Translations under genes and position numbers: made by a program
In this document: one piece after another, positions 1-11,070 of the stretch
Position numbering within the stretch: position 1 is the first letter of the stretch
How the letters are laid out: every line of letters starts with the position of its first letter
From: Chitinophagaceae bacterium
GTDB lineage: Bacteria; Bacteroidota; Bacteroidia; Chitinophagales; Chitinophagaceae
Reading direction: 5' to 3'
NCBI GenBank assembly: GCA_016786845.1
Contig: JAEUVB010000019.1
Location: 23,661 to 87,660, forward strand
DNA: 64,000 bases
Notes under the pieces: model-generated
Told to the model about the DNA's origin: nothing
The model's database searches: none
Seen by the model: only the letters and a program-made list of their open reading frames with translations

Positions 1-26
1 TCAAAGACTTGATCGTCACTCCGTAA

Positions 27-881
27 TTACCACTGTCTGAAAGCTCTTTTCTTCGGTATGATACGGTAGCTGAAAGTCACCGTGTTCATGGTATACCAGT
101 CCATGTTTTCTGAACGGCCGCGTGCTTCACCTACGATAGGAGTATATCCACTTCCGTTAGAAACTTCATCACCTCTCCAAGACAACTCTGCAGCCAATTG
201 ACCATTTTCAGCAGCCAGATCGCTTAAGTTGACATAATTCGTACTAACATCGTCAATGTAATCTGTAAATGTCTTACGAACACCTACCTCAGCACCAACC
301 ATAATGTGTTTGTTGATTGCCCAACGCATACCAAATCCAAATGGAATGGCCACTTGTGTACGGTTGTAAGGACGCTTGGTATTGAAACTGGTTCCTTGAC
401 CTTCAGTACCCAATGGTTGAAGTTCAACCCATGAATTGTTGTAGAAAGTCTTAGGGTTAAAATGGAATACATTCAAACCACCAAAGAAGTAAGGAGTCCA
501 GTTGAAATAACGACGATATGATTTGTTTTGCGGATTGTAAGCATCAAAAGGAAGTACATTCACTTCAGCTTGTCCACCAAATTCCAATACATAGGAACGG
601 AAACTCAGGTTGCGTTGCAGACGACCTTGCTCAATGCTGTTCGCATCGGAAGCGTGCAGGCGGCCGTAGTTCAAAAATCCTTTGAAACCAAACCATGCAT
701 TCAGGTTGGTCTTCACAAAAAAACCTGTAGCAAATCCAGGATTCTCCCAAGTGTAGGCTTTTGGTTGTAAATCTCCCAGATAATTACTCGAGCCAATGCC
801 ATATCCAAACTCAAAACTTTTCTGAGCAAACGTAGTGGCAGACATGGCCAGAAGTGCTAAGGTGATAATCTTTTTCTTCAT
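27..881 (-). CDS. putative outer-membrane beta-barrel protein
   Basis: 284-aa ORF. Signal peptide MKKKIITLALLAMSATTFAQ, Gly/aromatic-rich alternating strands, aromatic C-terminus (..RQW). Confidence 0.6.
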   Translation of the reverse strand: MKKKIITLALLAMSATTFAQKSFEFGYGIGSSNYLGDLQPKAYTWENPGFATGFFVKTNLNAWFGFKGFLNYGRLHASDANSIEQGRLQRNLSFRSYVLEFGGQAEVNVLPFDAYNPQNKSYRRYFNWTPYFFGGLNVFHFNPKTFYNNSWVELQPLGTEGQGTSFNTKRPYNRTQVAIPFGFGMRWAINKHIMVGAEVGVRKTFTDYIDDVSTNYVNLSDLAAENGQLAAELSWRGDEVSNGSGYTPIVGEARGRSENMDWYTMNTVTFSYRIIPKKRAFRQW

Positions 882-962
882 GTTAATCTTTTTTAAATTT
901 ATAGTTGCGATGGTAAAAATAACTAAAGTTTTGATTTTTTCACATTTATATAGAAAAAAAAA

Positions 963-2063
963 TCACACATTAAAACGGAAGTGCATAATGTCTCCGTCTT
1001 TCACAATGTATTCTTTTCCTTCTATTCTCAATTTTCCTGCTTCTTTACAAGCCGCCTCCGAACCCAGTGCTATGAAGTCGGCATAAGCGATCACCTCAGC
1101 TTTAATAAATCCTTTTTCAAAATCAGTATGAATCACACTGGCAGCTTGAGGCGCCTTCCATCCGGTGTGTATGGTCCATGCGCGGACTTCCTGTACGCCT
1201 GCAGTAAAATAAGTAATGAGGTTCAAGAGTTGATAGGCCGAACGAATCAATCGGTTTAATCCGGGTTCGCTCAGATTATATTCAGATAAGAACATTTGCT
1301 TGTCTTCTTCATTTTCCATTTCGGAAATCTGCGCCTCGATGGTATTGTTCATGACAATGACCTCACTGCCATCGGCTTTTACGGCAGCAGCCAGGGCTTC
1401 AGAATATTTATTCCCGGTGAGCATAGAGGCTTCATCTACATTGGCTACATAAAGAACGGGTTTGCCGGAGAGTAAAAAGATATCATAGATGGCAGTGAGC
1501 TCTTCTTCATTCAACCCCATTTCACGAATATTCTTTCCTTGTTCTAAATGGGCCTTGCAACGCAACAGTACTTCCAAATCCGCTTTGGCTTTGGCATCAC
1601 CCACTCGTGCACTTTTTTCTATGCGGCTGATTTTTTTCTCTACACTCTCGAGATCTTTCAATTGAAGTTCAGTATCGATAATTTCTTTATCACTCACCGG
1701 ATTGATAGCGCCTTCTTCACGCAATATATTTTCATCTTCAAAACAACGAATCACATGAACAATGGCATCTACCTCACGAATATTGGCCAGGAATTTATTG
1801 CCCAAACCTTCACCCTTACTGGCACCTTTCACCAATCCTGCAATATCCACAAACTCGATGGTGGTAGGAACAGTCCGATTGGGGACCACCAGTTCGGCCA
1901 ATTTATCCATGCGTTCATCGGGCACGTCTACTTGTCCTACATTAGGGTCTATGGTGCAAAAGCGGTAATTGGATGCTTGTGCTTTCGCATTATTGCTTAC
2001 TGCGTTAAAAAGCGTTGATTTACCTACATTGGGTAATCCCACGATGCCGACTTGTAATGCCAT
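963..2063 (-). CDS. ychF: redox-regulated ATPase YchF (OBG-family GTPase/ATPase)
   Basis: 366 aa. P-loop GIVGLPNVGKSTLFNA at the N-terminus, conserved YchF C-terminal domain ending ..DGDIMHFRFNV. Confidence 0.95.
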   Translation of the reverse strand: MALQVGIVGLPNVGKSTLFNAVSNNAKAQASNYRFCTIDPNVGQVDVPDERMDKLAELVVPNRTVPTTIEFVDIAGLVKGASKGEGLGNKFLANIREVDAIVHVIRCFEDENILREEGAINPVSDKEIIDTELQLKDLESVEKKISRIEKSARVGDAKAKADLEVLLRCKAHLEQGKNIREMGLNEEELTAIYDIFLLSGKPVLYVANVDEASMLTGNKYSEALAAAVKADGSEVIVMNNTIEAQISEMENEEDKQMFLSEYNLSEPGLNRLIRSAYQLLNLITYFTAGVQEVRAWTIHTGWKAPQAASVIHTDFEKGFIKAEVIAYADFIALGSEAACKEAGKLRIEGKEYIVKDGDIMHFRFNV

Positions 2064-2207
2064 ATTCTTTTTTTTGAAGGCGCAAAGGTAACTATTTACA
2101 TGAAGGAGAAAAATCTGACTTCAACACGGTAAGCGGCATGGTCTTTATATGAATCCACATTTCCCCCTTTGTTTAAATCGACTATATTTGCCCACCAAAC
2201 ATCATTT

Positions 2208-3398
2208 ATGCCGCATATTTCAAACCGGGGCGAACAAATGCCGCCTTCGCCGATACGCAAACTCGTTCCTTATGCCGAAGCGGCTAAGAAAAGAGGAACC
2301 AAAGTCTTTCACCTCAATATCGGACAACCGGATATTGTGACACCCAAGCCCGTTTTAGATGCCGTTCGAAATATGAATATGACGGTACTCGAATACAGCC
2401 ATAGCGCAGGTTTCGAAAGCTATCGCAAAAAACTCACGGAGTATTACCGACGATTCGATATAGAATTAACCCCCAATCAGATCATCGTCACCACGGGGGG
2501 GAGTGAGGCCATTTTGTTCGCCATGATGGCTTGTCTCGATCCCGGAGATGAGATCATTATTCCGGAACCATTCTATGCCAATTACAATGGATTTTCCGTT
2601 GCCTCACAAGTCAACATCTTCCCCATCTCTTCCCGTATTGAAGATGGTTTCAAATTGCCGCCGATCGAAGATTTTGAGAAGAACATCACGTCGCGAACCA
2701 AGGCCATCATGATTTGCAACCCCAATAACCCCACCGGCTACCTCTATTCGGCGGAAGAAATGAATGTGCTCCGCGATCTTTGCCTCAAGCACGATCTTTA
2801 CCTCTTTTCTGACGAAGCTTATCGCGAATTTTGCTACGACGGTCACAAGCATATTTCTGCTATGAACCTCGATGGACTGGATCAGCACGTCATTTTACTC
2901 GATACCATCTCCAAACGTTATAGTGCATGCGGTGGACGTATCGGTGCGTTTATCACAAAAAATAAAGCGGTCTACGATGCGGCCATGAAATTTGCACAAG
3001 CCAGACTGAGTCCACCCACCTTCGCACAAATTGCCGGAGAAGCGGCTGTGGATTTGCCGGCAGATTACTTCGAAGGCGTCAAGGCGGAATATTTGAAACG
3101 CCGCGATCTTTTGGTATCCCGATTGAATAAGATTCCGGGTGTCTTTTGCCCTAATCCGGGAGGTGCCTTTTATGCCATGGCCAAGTTGCCGGTAGAGAGC
3201 GCAGAAGATTTCTGTCGCTGGCTGCTCGAAAGCTTTTCATACAATGGTCAAACGGTGATGATGGCCCCGGCCTCCGGTTTCTATGCCACTCCCGGCCTAG
3301 GTAAAAATGAGGTCCGCTTCGCCTATGTCCTGAATACCGATGACATCAACCAGGCCATGGATTGTTTAGAAAAAGCCTTAGAAACCTATAAGCCATAA
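2208..3398 (+). CDS. PLP-dependent aminotransferase, class I/II (aspartate-type)
   Basis: Motifs MPPSPIRKL, HLNIGQPD and the PLP-lysine motif SKRYSACGGRIG. The ORF opens at a TTG at 2169; the ATG at 2208 is the more likely start. Confidence 0.85.
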   Translation: MPHISNRGEQMPPSPIRKLVPYAEAAKKRGTKVFHLNIGQPDIVTPKPVLDAVRNMNMTVLEYSHSAGFESYRKKLTEYYRRFDIELTPNQIIVTTGGSEAILFAMMACLDPGDEIIIPEPFYANYNGFSVASQVNIFPISSRIEDGFKLPPIEDFEKNITSRTKAIMICNPNNPTGYLYSAEEMNVLRDLCLKHDLYLFSDEAYREFCYDGHKHISAMNLDGLDQHVILLDTISKRYSACGGRIGAFITKNKAVYDAAMKFAQARLSPPTFAQIAGEAAVDLPADYFEGVKAEYLKRRDLLVSRLNKIPGVFCPNPGGAFYAMAKLPVESAEDFCRWLLESFSYNGQTVMMAPASGFYATPGLGKNEVRFAYVLNTDDINQAMDCLEKALETYKP

Positions 3399-3399
3399 C

Positions 3400-4026
3400 A
3401 TGGGAGATCCAATGATAACCTATATCCTCATCGTCATCACGGTGTTGGTTTCGCTGGCCGGCTTTCAACAGCAGGATGTCATTAATAAGGCCATCTTTTA
3501 CCCGGTCGTCATGCGTGAACGCAATGAATGGTGGCGTTTTATTACCGCCGGATTTATCCATGGCAATATTCCCCATCTGGCCTTCAACATGATCACTTTG
3601 TATTTCTTCGGACGCATGGTGGAGCCTTTGTTTCATGAACTTTATGGCAGTCCTCTGGTCTATCCGTTTTTTTATATCGCGGCCTTAGTGGTATCGAGTA
3701 TCCCATCGTATATTAAACATAAAGACAATAGTTATTACAGTGCCTTGGGTGCGAGCGGTGCGGTGTCGGCGGTCTTGTTTACCACCATCCTCATCGATCC
3801 CTGGATGACCTTGCGCTTACAGTTTTTTATTCCTATTCCGGCCATCGTCTTTGGGGTGGGCTATCTCGTTTATTCTAATTATATGAGTAAGCGCGGCGAC
3901 GATCATATTGGTCATGATGCCCACTTATGGGGGGCTATTTTCGGTCTTTTGTTCCCGTTGGTCTCGCGTCCCTTCCTTTTATCGCATTTTCTGGAGCAAT
4001 TGAAAAATCCAAGATTTTTGAGTTAA
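3400..4026 (+). CDS. rhomboid family intramembrane serine protease
   Basis: Multi-TM 208-aa protein with FIHGNIPHLAFNM and the GASGAVSAV serine motif, plus a downstream His (HDAHLWG). Confidence 0.85.
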   Translation: MGDPMITYILIVITVLVSLAGFQQQDVINKAIFYPVVMRERNEWWRFITAGFIHGNIPHLAFNMITLYFFGRMVEPLFHELYGSPLVYPFFYIAALVVSSIPSYIKHKDNSYYSALGASGAVSAVLFTTILIDPWMTLRLQFFIPIPAIVFGVGYLVYSNYMSKRGDDHIGHDAHLWGAIFGLLFPLVSRPFLLSHFLEQLKNPRFLS

Positions 4027-4089
4027 TTTTATCCCTTCGTCATAAGCAAGGTGCTCAGCCTGCTGAAGATTATAAACTATAAACAAATC

Positions 4090-4773
4090 ATGAAAAAATT
4101 TTCCCTGTATCTGTTGTCCATCATCACACTCACCGGATTTATCGCCTGCGAAGGTAATAAAGTGAATGAAACGGTGGGTCGCCTTCGCATGATGAACGCA
4201 TCCTATAACTCCGGTGGCGTCAATATCGATATTGATTACAAAACAGCATACGATAAATATGTAGAATATCTTAACTATAGCTTGTTTCGCGATCTGATAG
4301 CCGGTAAAAAACACACGATCAAGATTCGTCAACAGTCGAGTGGTTTTAGTATCGATACCAATTTGGTCGTAGAAGAAAATCGGGCATATACTATTTTCCT
4401 GTACGATTCCATGAACAATTTCAAACATAAAGTGGTCAACGAAGTGTTTGATGTGCCCAAGGGTTCTTTTTGTAAAATCCGTTTCCTGCATTTATCAAAC
4501 GATGCGCCCATCGTGGATGTGAAACGTGATGGATCCGCAGCTGTGGAGTTTGGTCATTATGAAAATGGGATGAACAGCGAGTATCAAACTTTCGAAAGCG
4601 GAAATTACTTTTTCCGGGTCAATCAGGCAGGTACCCTCAATACAATTTACACCCAACAACCCCGTGATTTCAAAGCCGGTTATTTCTACACGATGTATCT
4701 CAAGGGCAATACCGGTTCTACCGGCACAGACAGTTTAGGTCTGTTTGTGGTGGAGAATAACGGTGACTATTAA
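4090..4773 (+). CDS. DUF4397-like lipoprotein
   Basis: Lipobox LTGFIAC after MKKFSLYLLSII. Repeat IRFLHLSNDAPIVDV resembles DUF4397. The ORF opens at a GTG at 4051; the ATG at 4090 is preferred. Confidence 0.55.
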   Translation: MKKFSLYLLSIITLTGFIACEGNKVNETVGRLRMMNASYNSGGVNIDIDYKTAYDKYVEYLNYSLFRDLIAGKKHTIKIRQQSSGFSIDTNLVVEENRAYTIFLYDSMNNFKHKVVNEVFDVPKGSFCKIRFLHLSNDAPIVDVKRDGSAAVEFGHYENGMNSEYQTFESGNYFFRVNQAGTLNTIYTQQPRDFKAGYFYTMYLKGNTGSTGTDSLGLFVVENNGDY

Positions 4774-5249
4774 CAATGTTGAATGATTAATGTTGAATGT
4801 TCAATAGGAGCTCAACATAAGCACTTTCTTCATCCACTTCCCGCCATACGCTGCTATCTCCGCCGAAAACAGGCGGAGGATATCCGCTGCTGTCGGGGCT
4901 AGATTTCGGCTGTATCTTTTTTTCAGCTTTTTTTCTGTCACTCCAATGCATGCATGGGTTATGATCTGAGCATTTTTTATGCATATCGCATATTGGTATC
5001 AGACGATATGGACCATAATATGTGAGTAGCTTTCATGTATTTATTAAACGCCTCAGAAGGCCACGGTCTCAGCCCTTTTCGTCACGAAATCGTCATGATT
5101 TATTCATTGTCCTTCTTTTCTGTCATACCATTGTCAAACTTTTTTTTTGAGCAAACAGCTTAAGGTGATTTGATTTTACATTCGTTTTCGACGCTTACCC
5201 CTGAGGGTAATATTGTTTACAAAAACCAAACTCACCAAAATCACATCTC

Positions 5250-7118
5250 ATGAAAAAAGTCTTACTGTTGATCATCACCATCATCATTTTTTTAATTCAA
5301 CCTTTCAAGCCGGCCAAAGCCCAAACCTTTAATCCCTTATTGGCCTCCATGCTCCAGGATTCATTGACCTTTTATGTCAATGCCATCTCAAATATCAAGG
5401 GCATGTCGGCGGCGGTATATTTACCCGGACAAGGGATATGGCAAGGAACGGCAGGAGTTTCTTATGCCGGACAACCCATCACCTCCAATATGGGATTTTG
5501 CATTGCCAGTAATACGAAATTATTTTTTGCTGCGGCTATTTTGAAACTGGTCGATAACAATATCCTGAGCTTAGATGATTCCTTGTCTGATTGGCTACCG
5601 ACTTATCCCAATATCAATCCCAATATTACCATACGTCAAATTTTGAATCATACCAGCGGTGTGGATGATCCATTTTTTGTTTCGCCCTGGATAGATACCA
5701 TAGCCGCCAATCCAACACGGGTCTTTACACCCACAGAGGTATTGGGATGGGCAGGTCCACCCGATTTTCCGCCCGGTACTAGTTGGGGATATTCGAATAT
5801 GAATTATGTGTTGGCCGAGATGGTGGTTCAAAGTGCAACCGGTATTCATATTTCACAAATTATCAGAGACAGTATTCTCACACCCTTAAATCTCGACAGC
5901 ACATTTTATGACGTGAAGGAACCGCGTGTTGGATTAATTTCTCATCGATGGTATAATGGAATCGACTATAATGATACTTCTATGGTCGGACTGAATACTG
6001 TGGTGGGTGCCATGTTTTCAAAATCAGATGATATGGTCAAATGGTATCATGCTCTTATGTCCGGACAAATCATTAGTCCTGCTTCGTTTGCCGAACTCAC
6101 CAATTTTACCAACACCTACGGTCCGCCATATACATATGGTTTAGGTCTTGAACGGCAAGTTTGGTTTGGGCATACAACCTATGGTCATGGTGGTTCTACC
6201 TGGGGTTATAAAAGCAAGATGTTTCACGATACCTGTATGGGGTCGGTGGTGTGCGGATTGGCCAATTCCTTTCCGGCGGGTATGGATGGCATCACCCTCA
6301 TCCTTCATCGGGTGTTGGTCAATCACGTTCCCGGTTGTCCGGGTATTATAAACGGCCTTTCTACTGTAGTACAAGGGCAGAATAATGTAACTTATACGAC
6401 CACACCCATTGCCAATGCTACTTCTTATGTATGGACCTTGCCCAACGGAGCCACAGGCATCAGCAATACCAATAGCATCACCGTCAACTATGGTTCTAAC
6501 GCCGTATCCGGTCAGGTTACTGTCAGGGGAAATAATCAATATGGCGTTGGCAATGTATCGTCTTTATTTGTGACGGTTCAATTTCCATTGCCTGTCACTT
6601 TAAATCATTTTTCAATCGAACATCTTCATCAACAAGTGGTCCTGCATTGGGAAACGGCCTCCGAAACTGATTGCGATTATTTTTCAATCGAACGCAGCGA
6701 TGACGGTGTAAATTTTCAGTCGATCGGACAGGTGAAGGGATATGCCACGAGCCATATCCCGCATCGCTATCAGTTTACGGATCCTCAGCCTTATTGCGCC
6801 ACTTCCTATTACCGACTCCAGCAAGTCGATTTCAATAAGGTGGCACAGTATAGTTCAACCCTTACTTCATCTATCACTTGCGAGGGTATCACTATATCAC
6901 CAAATCCCTTCTCCGACCAATGCATCCTGAGGTTTCATACACTTCAGCACAATCTGCAACTGAACATTGCTGACCTGCAAGGCAAGGTACTCAGATCCAT
7001 GACCTGTTCCGGCACTCAATATACCCTTACCAAAGGAGACCTGAAACCGGGGACATATTTTCTTCAGGGGAAGACAGAGGGTCGCACAAGATTCTACCAT
7101 AAAATCATTGTACAGTAA
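5250..7118 (+). CDS. secreted serine hydrolase (beta-lactamase/class C fold) with T9SS C-terminal sorting domain
   Basis: Signal peptide, SxxK motif (ASNTKLF), and a C-terminal ~80 aa (ISPNPFSDQCILRF...GTYFLQGKTEG..KIIVQ) typical of a T9SS type A CTD. Confidence 0.8.
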   Translation: MKKVLLLIITIIIFLIQPFKPAKAQTFNPLLASMLQDSLTFYVNAISNIKGMSAAVYLPGQGIWQGTAGVSYAGQPITSNMGFCIASNTKLFFAAAILKLVDNNILSLDDSLSDWLPTYPNINPNITIRQILNHTSGVDDPFFVSPWIDTIAANPTRVFTPTEVLGWAGPPDFPPGTSWGYSNMNYVLAEMVVQSATGIHISQIIRDSILTPLNLDSTFYDVKEPRVGLISHRWYNGIDYNDTSMVGLNTVVGAMFSKSDDMVKWYHALMSGQIISPASFAELTNFTNTYGPPYTYGLGLERQVWFGHTTYGHGGSTWGYKSKMFHDTCMGSVVCGLANSFPAGMDGITLILHRVLVNHVPGCPGIINGLSTVVQGQNNVTYTTTPIANATSYVWTLPNGATGISNTNSITVNYGSNAVSGQVTVRGNNQYGVGNVSSLFVTVQFPLPVTLNHFSIEHLHQQVVLHWETASETDCDYFSIERSDDGVNFQSIGQVKGYATSHIPHRYQFTDPQPYCATSYYRLQQVDFNKVAQYSSTLTSSITCEGITISPNPFSDQCILRFHTLQHNLQLNIADLQGKVLRSMTCSGTQYTLTKGDLKPGTYFLQGKTEGRTRFYHKIIVQ

Positions 7119-7217
7119 AAGGGCGACTAAAAAGCGAATAAGCGTTGAAAGTACAGGTCTTCATTTGGATCAAATTCGGATACCATCAGATCTTAACTAC
7201 ATATCCTTTTCGGATAT

Positions 7218-8441
7218 TTAGTGGGTCTCATGATAATCCAAATCTTTGTGATAGGTCTCCTTCAAATAACTCGCTGCGATAAAAGCAATGACACAGCAAA
7301 TGACTCCCGTAATCAGGGCACTGTTGAGTTTATTACTTCCGAAGCCTTGCAGCGTGGCGTAGAGTATGGTAATGGGCACCAATGATGCGCGAATGAAATT
7401 GGGAACAGAGGTGGTGACCGTGGCGCGAATATTAGTTCCGAATTGTTCGGAAGCCGAAGTGATGAGTACGGCCCAATATCCCGCAGCAAAACCAAGTATG
7501 GTAAACGTCCAATAAAAAGATTGTACACCGGCACCCTTCATTTGAAAATAGACGATCACCATGATGAGGGTAGAAAAGACGAAGAGTTGTAATACCTTTT
7601 TACGGCTCTTCATCATTTGGCTCAATACACCCGACAATAAATCACCTGCGGTAACCCCGGCATAACAATACATAATCGATAAGGCAGGTTTGATGTCACC
7701 AACGATACCTAACTCACGTCCCAGCTCCGGACTTAATGTAATCAGGATCCCGATTACATACCAAATGGGTAGTCCTACCAAAATGCATTTGAGATAATCG
7801 GTGAATCGATGTCTGTTGAAAAAGATCATACCGAGATTGCCAAAATTGGCGCCGCTTTTACGTGCCAGTTTATACATTCCCGATTCGAATACACCCACAC
7901 GCATTAACAACAGCAGCAGTCCCAAAACACCACCAACGATATAGCAGGTGGTCCACTCGTAATTCAGTCCCATGATGCCGGCCAGTATGGCGCCGGACAC
8001 ACCCACCGTTGCAACGATGGTCGTGCCCCAACCCCGTTTTTCCTTAGGTAATATTTCCGAAACCAGGGTGATGCCCGCACCCAGTTCTCCGGCTAGTCCG
8101 ACACCGGCTACAAAACGAAGTATGCCGTATTGTGTCACATCGACGACATAAGCATTCAGGATATTGGCCAAAGAATACAATACAATGGATCCGAAAAGAA
8201 CGGATAACCTGCCCTTTTTATCCCCCAAAATACCCCACAGTAATCCGCCGATCAGCATGCCCACCATCTGAACATTCAGCAACCAGAGTCCGCTGGCTTC
8301 GAGCTCGGGTCCGCTGAGACCTAAGGCCGTGAGACTGGGTTTGCGTACAATACTGAATAAAACGAGATCATAAATGTCAACGAAATAGCCCAGGGCCGCT
8401 ACCATAATGGGGATGCTCAGGATTTTACCGGATTGCTTCAT
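7218..8441 (-). CDS. MFS transporter
   Basis: 407 aa with about 12 hydrophobic segments. GDKKGR loop motif between TM2 and TM3. Confidence 0.8.
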   Translation of the reverse strand: MKQSGKILSIPIMVAALGYFVDIYDLVLFSIVRKPSLTALGLSGPELEASGLWLLNVQMVGMLIGGLLWGILGDKKGRLSVLFGSIVLYSLANILNAYVVDVTQYGILRFVAGVGLAGELGAGITLVSEILPKEKRGWGTTIVATVGVSGAILAGIMGLNYEWTTCYIVGGVLGLLLLLMRVGVFESGMYKLARKSGANFGNLGMIFFNRHRFTDYLKCILVGLPIWYVIGILITLSPELGRELGIVGDIKPALSIMYCYAGVTAGDLLSGVLSQMMKSRKKVLQLFVFSTLIMVIVYFQMKGAGVQSFYWTFTILGFAAGYWAVLITSASEQFGTNIRATVTTSVPNFIRASLVPITILYATLQGFGSNKLNSALITGVICCVIAFIAASYLKETYHKDLDYHETH

Positions 8442-8480
8442 CCCGACAAAATAGATAAAATATACGAAAATGCAAATCGA

Positions 8481-9131
8481 CTAATCTTCAACTACATCAT
8501 AGTCTTTCTTTTTGCCGCCGAGGGCAAACTTCAAAATGACCGGGATGGTGGTCACAAGGATGATAGCAATAACAATAATTTCGAGGCGGTCTTTGATCCA
8601 TGGGAATTGTTTGCCCAGGATTAATCCGGTAAACATCATGGAGAAAACCCAGGCAAAGGAACCGATAATGTTGTACAAGCTGAATTTCTTATAATCCATT
8701 TGTACCATACCGGCTACTATAGGCACAAAGGTCCGGATAATGGGCACAAAACGGGCCGCAATAATGGTGAAGGCGCCATTCTTTTCATAGAATTTTTTCG
8801 CCGATTCGAGGTGGCGATGTTTGAAGAAAAAACTGTCTTTTTTCTGATATAATAAAGGTCCTGATTTTTTACCAAACCAATAGCCCACGAAATTGCCCAG
8901 GATACCGGCCACCGCAATCATAATCATGATGACGATATAGGGTACATGGAAAAATTCGGCTGCCAATTCTTCGGCATAGATACCGGCCACGAACAATAAA
9001 GAATCGCCGGGAAGAAAGAATCCTACAAATAAACCCGTTTCGGCGAAGATGACGAAAAGGAGCAAATACAAACCACCGTATTCGATATACCATTCGGGAT
9101 TCAGTAAGGTGTCTTTCAGCGTATGGAGCAT
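8481..9131 (-). CDS. DedA/VTT-domain membrane protein
   Basis: 216 aa. FAETGLFVGFFLPGDSLLF motif characteristic of the DedA family. Confidence 0.8.
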   Translation of the reverse strand: MLHTLKDTLLNPEWYIEYGGLYLLLFVIFAETGLFVGFFLPGDSLLFVAGIYAEELAAEFFHVPYIVIMIMIAVAGILGNFVGYWFGKKSGPLLYQKKDSFFFKHRHLESAKKFYEKNGAFTIIAARFVPIIRTFVPIVAGMVQMDYKKFSLYNIIGSFAWVFSMMFTGLILGKQFPWIKDRLEIIVIAIILVTTIPVILKFALGGKKKDYDVVED

Positions 9132-9247
9132 GAAATAAAATTAAGGTGGGCAAATATAGCGTATTCGGCATGAATAAATTGCCCTTAAGTACCTACTTAA
9201 ATTCCATTGTGCAGAGCCTATCCGTCAATTTGTCGCAAAAGAACTCC

Positions 9248-9277
9248 TTGGCAAACGATTTGACTAGAGTACATTTG
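9248..9277 (+). promoter_or_regulatory. candidate Bacteroidota sigma-A promoter upstream of grpE
   Basis: TACATTTG (9270-9277) matches the TAnnTTTG -7 box, with a TTG 19 nt upstream. The site lies about 29 nt before the grpE ATG. Confidence 0.3.
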
Positions 9278-9305
9278 CAAACTTAAAAAATATACTGAAA
9301 TAGCT

Positions 9306-9878
9306 ATGAGCCAAGCAAATCAAGACATTGTCAATGATACAGAGTTGACACCCGACCTGAACAGTGATGAGAATATGTCAGGAAATAGTCATATGAATGA
9401 CGAAATGACCAGTGAGGACGAATTGGGAAAATTGCAAAATGAAATCGGGGAGTGGAAGGATAAATATACCCGCTTACTCGCCGAATTTGAAAACTATAAA
9501 AAGCGTTCCCGTCAGGAAATGACCGATGTAATTAAAACTGCCGGCAAGGATATCGTACTGAGTTTGTTAGAGGTCGTGGATGACAGTGAAAGAGCAGAAA
9601 AGCAAATGGATTCCGCATCCGATATTCAAGCTTTGAAGGATGGGATGCAATTGGTGTTTAATAAGCTTAAACATGTACTGCAACAAAAAGGATTAAAGTC
9701 GTTCGACAGTATTCATACAGAATTTGATGTGGAGCGTCATGAAGCGGTGACGGAAATTCCGGCCCCTCACAAGGATTTGGAAGGCAAGGTTTTGGACGAA
9801 TTGCAAAAAGGATATTTGATGAATGATAAATTGATCCGCTATGCTAAAGTGGTGGTGGGCAAAGTATCGGAGGCCTAA
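9306..9878 (+). CDS. grpE: nucleotide exchange factor GrpE
   Basis: 190 aa. Coiled-coil N-terminal part plus conserved RLLAEFENYKKR and a C-terminal beta domain. Immediately upstream of dnaJ. Confidence 0.93.
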   Translation: MSQANQDIVNDTELTPDLNSDENMSGNSHMNDEMTSEDELGKLQNEIGEWKDKYTRLLAEFENYKKRSRQEMTDVIKTAGKDIVLSLLEVVDDSERAEKQMDSASDIQALKDGMQLVFNKLKHVLQQKGLKSFDSIHTEFDVERHEAVTEIPAPHKDLEGKVLDELQKGYLMNDKLIRYAKVVVGKVSEA

Positions 9879-9901
9879 GGCTTCCTTGAAATAAGAAAAA
9901 C

Positions 9902-11059
9902 ATGAAAAGAGATTTTTACGAAATATTAGGGGTTAGTAAAGGTGCTTCTGCCGATGAGATCAAGAAAGCGTATCGCAAGGTGGCCATGCAATTTCACCCC
10001 GATCGAAATCCGGGTGATAAATCGGCTGAAGACAAATTTAAAGAAGCCGCCGAAGCTTATGAAGTACTCAGTGATCCGGACAAAAAACAACGTTATGATC
10101 AATATGGACATGCCGGTGTAGGTGGTGCTGCGGGTGGTGGTTTTGGTGGCGGCGGTATGCGCATGGAGGATATTTTCCAGAATTTCGGGGATGTATTTGG
10201 TGATGATATGTTTGGGAGTTTCTTCGGCGGACAGCGCGGAGGCGGCGGTCGCCAAAGAGGTACAGGCAATCGCGGCAGTAACCTGAGGGTGAAAGTGAAG
10301 TTGAATTTTGAAGACATCCTGAAAGGTGCCCATAAAACGATCAAAGTTAAAAAATATGTACGCTGCGAACCTTGCACAGGCAGCGGGGCAAAAGATAAAT
10401 CATCGATACAAAACTGTAGTACTTGTAATGGTAGCGGACAAGTCCGTCGGGTGCAAAGTACTTTTTTAGGTCAAATGCAAACCGTCACCACTTGCCCAAC
10501 TTGTAATGGCGACGGCACACAGATTGCCAATAAGTGTAGCTCCTGTAAAGGCGAAGGTCGTGTATATGGTGAGGATACGATATCGATTGATATACCGGCC
10601 GGTGTGCAGGAAGGCATGCAACTGAGTGTACATGGCAAAGGTAATATGGGTGAACGCAATGGTCCTCCCGGCGACTTGCTTGTGGTGATTGAAGAAGAAA
10701 AGCACCCGGAGCTGATGCGCGAAGGACTCAATGTATTGTATGAATTACATATTTCCTTCCCTGACGTCGTGATGGGGAAAGAAGTGGAAGTTCCTACAGT
10801 AGGAGGAAAGGCAAAAATTAAAATTCCACCGGGCACTCAGGCCGGTAAAATATTGCGCTTGAAGGGAAAGGGTTTTCCAAGTGTGAACAGTTACGAAAAG
10901 GGTGATCAGCTCATCAATATCAATGTTTGGACTCCACAGAATCTAAGCTCCGAAGAAAAGGCGATGTTAGAAAAATTAAACAAGTCTCCAAATTTTGTTC
11001 CCAACGCTGCCAAATCCGACAAGAGTTTCTTTGATAAGATTCGGGAAGCGTTTAGCTAA
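9902..11059 (+). CDS. dnaJ: molecular chaperone DnaJ
   Basis: J domain with HPD ([10 protein letters not shown]), G/F-rich linker, and four CxxCxGxG repeats ([32 protein letters not shown]). Confidence 0.97.
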   Translation: MKRDFYEILGVSKGASADEIKKAYRKVAMQFHPDRNPGDKSAEDKFKEAAEAYEVLSDPDKKQRYDQYGHAGVGGAAGGGFGGGGMRMEDIFQNFGDVFGDDMFGSFFGGQRGGGGRQRGTGNRGSNLRVKVKLNFEDILKGAHKTIKVKKYVRCEPCTGSGAKDKSSIQNCSTCNGSGQVRRVQSTFLGQMQTVTTCPTCNGDGTQIANKCSSCKGEGRVYGEDTISIDIPAGVQEGMQLSVHGKGNMGERNGPPGDLLVVIEEEKHPELMREGLNVLYELHISFPDVVMGKEVEVPTVGGKAKIKIPPGTQAGKILRLKGKGFPSVNSYEKGDQLININVWTPQNLSSEEKAMLEKLNKSPNFVPNAAKSDKSFFDKIREAFS

Positions 11060-11070
11060 AGCATTCAACA

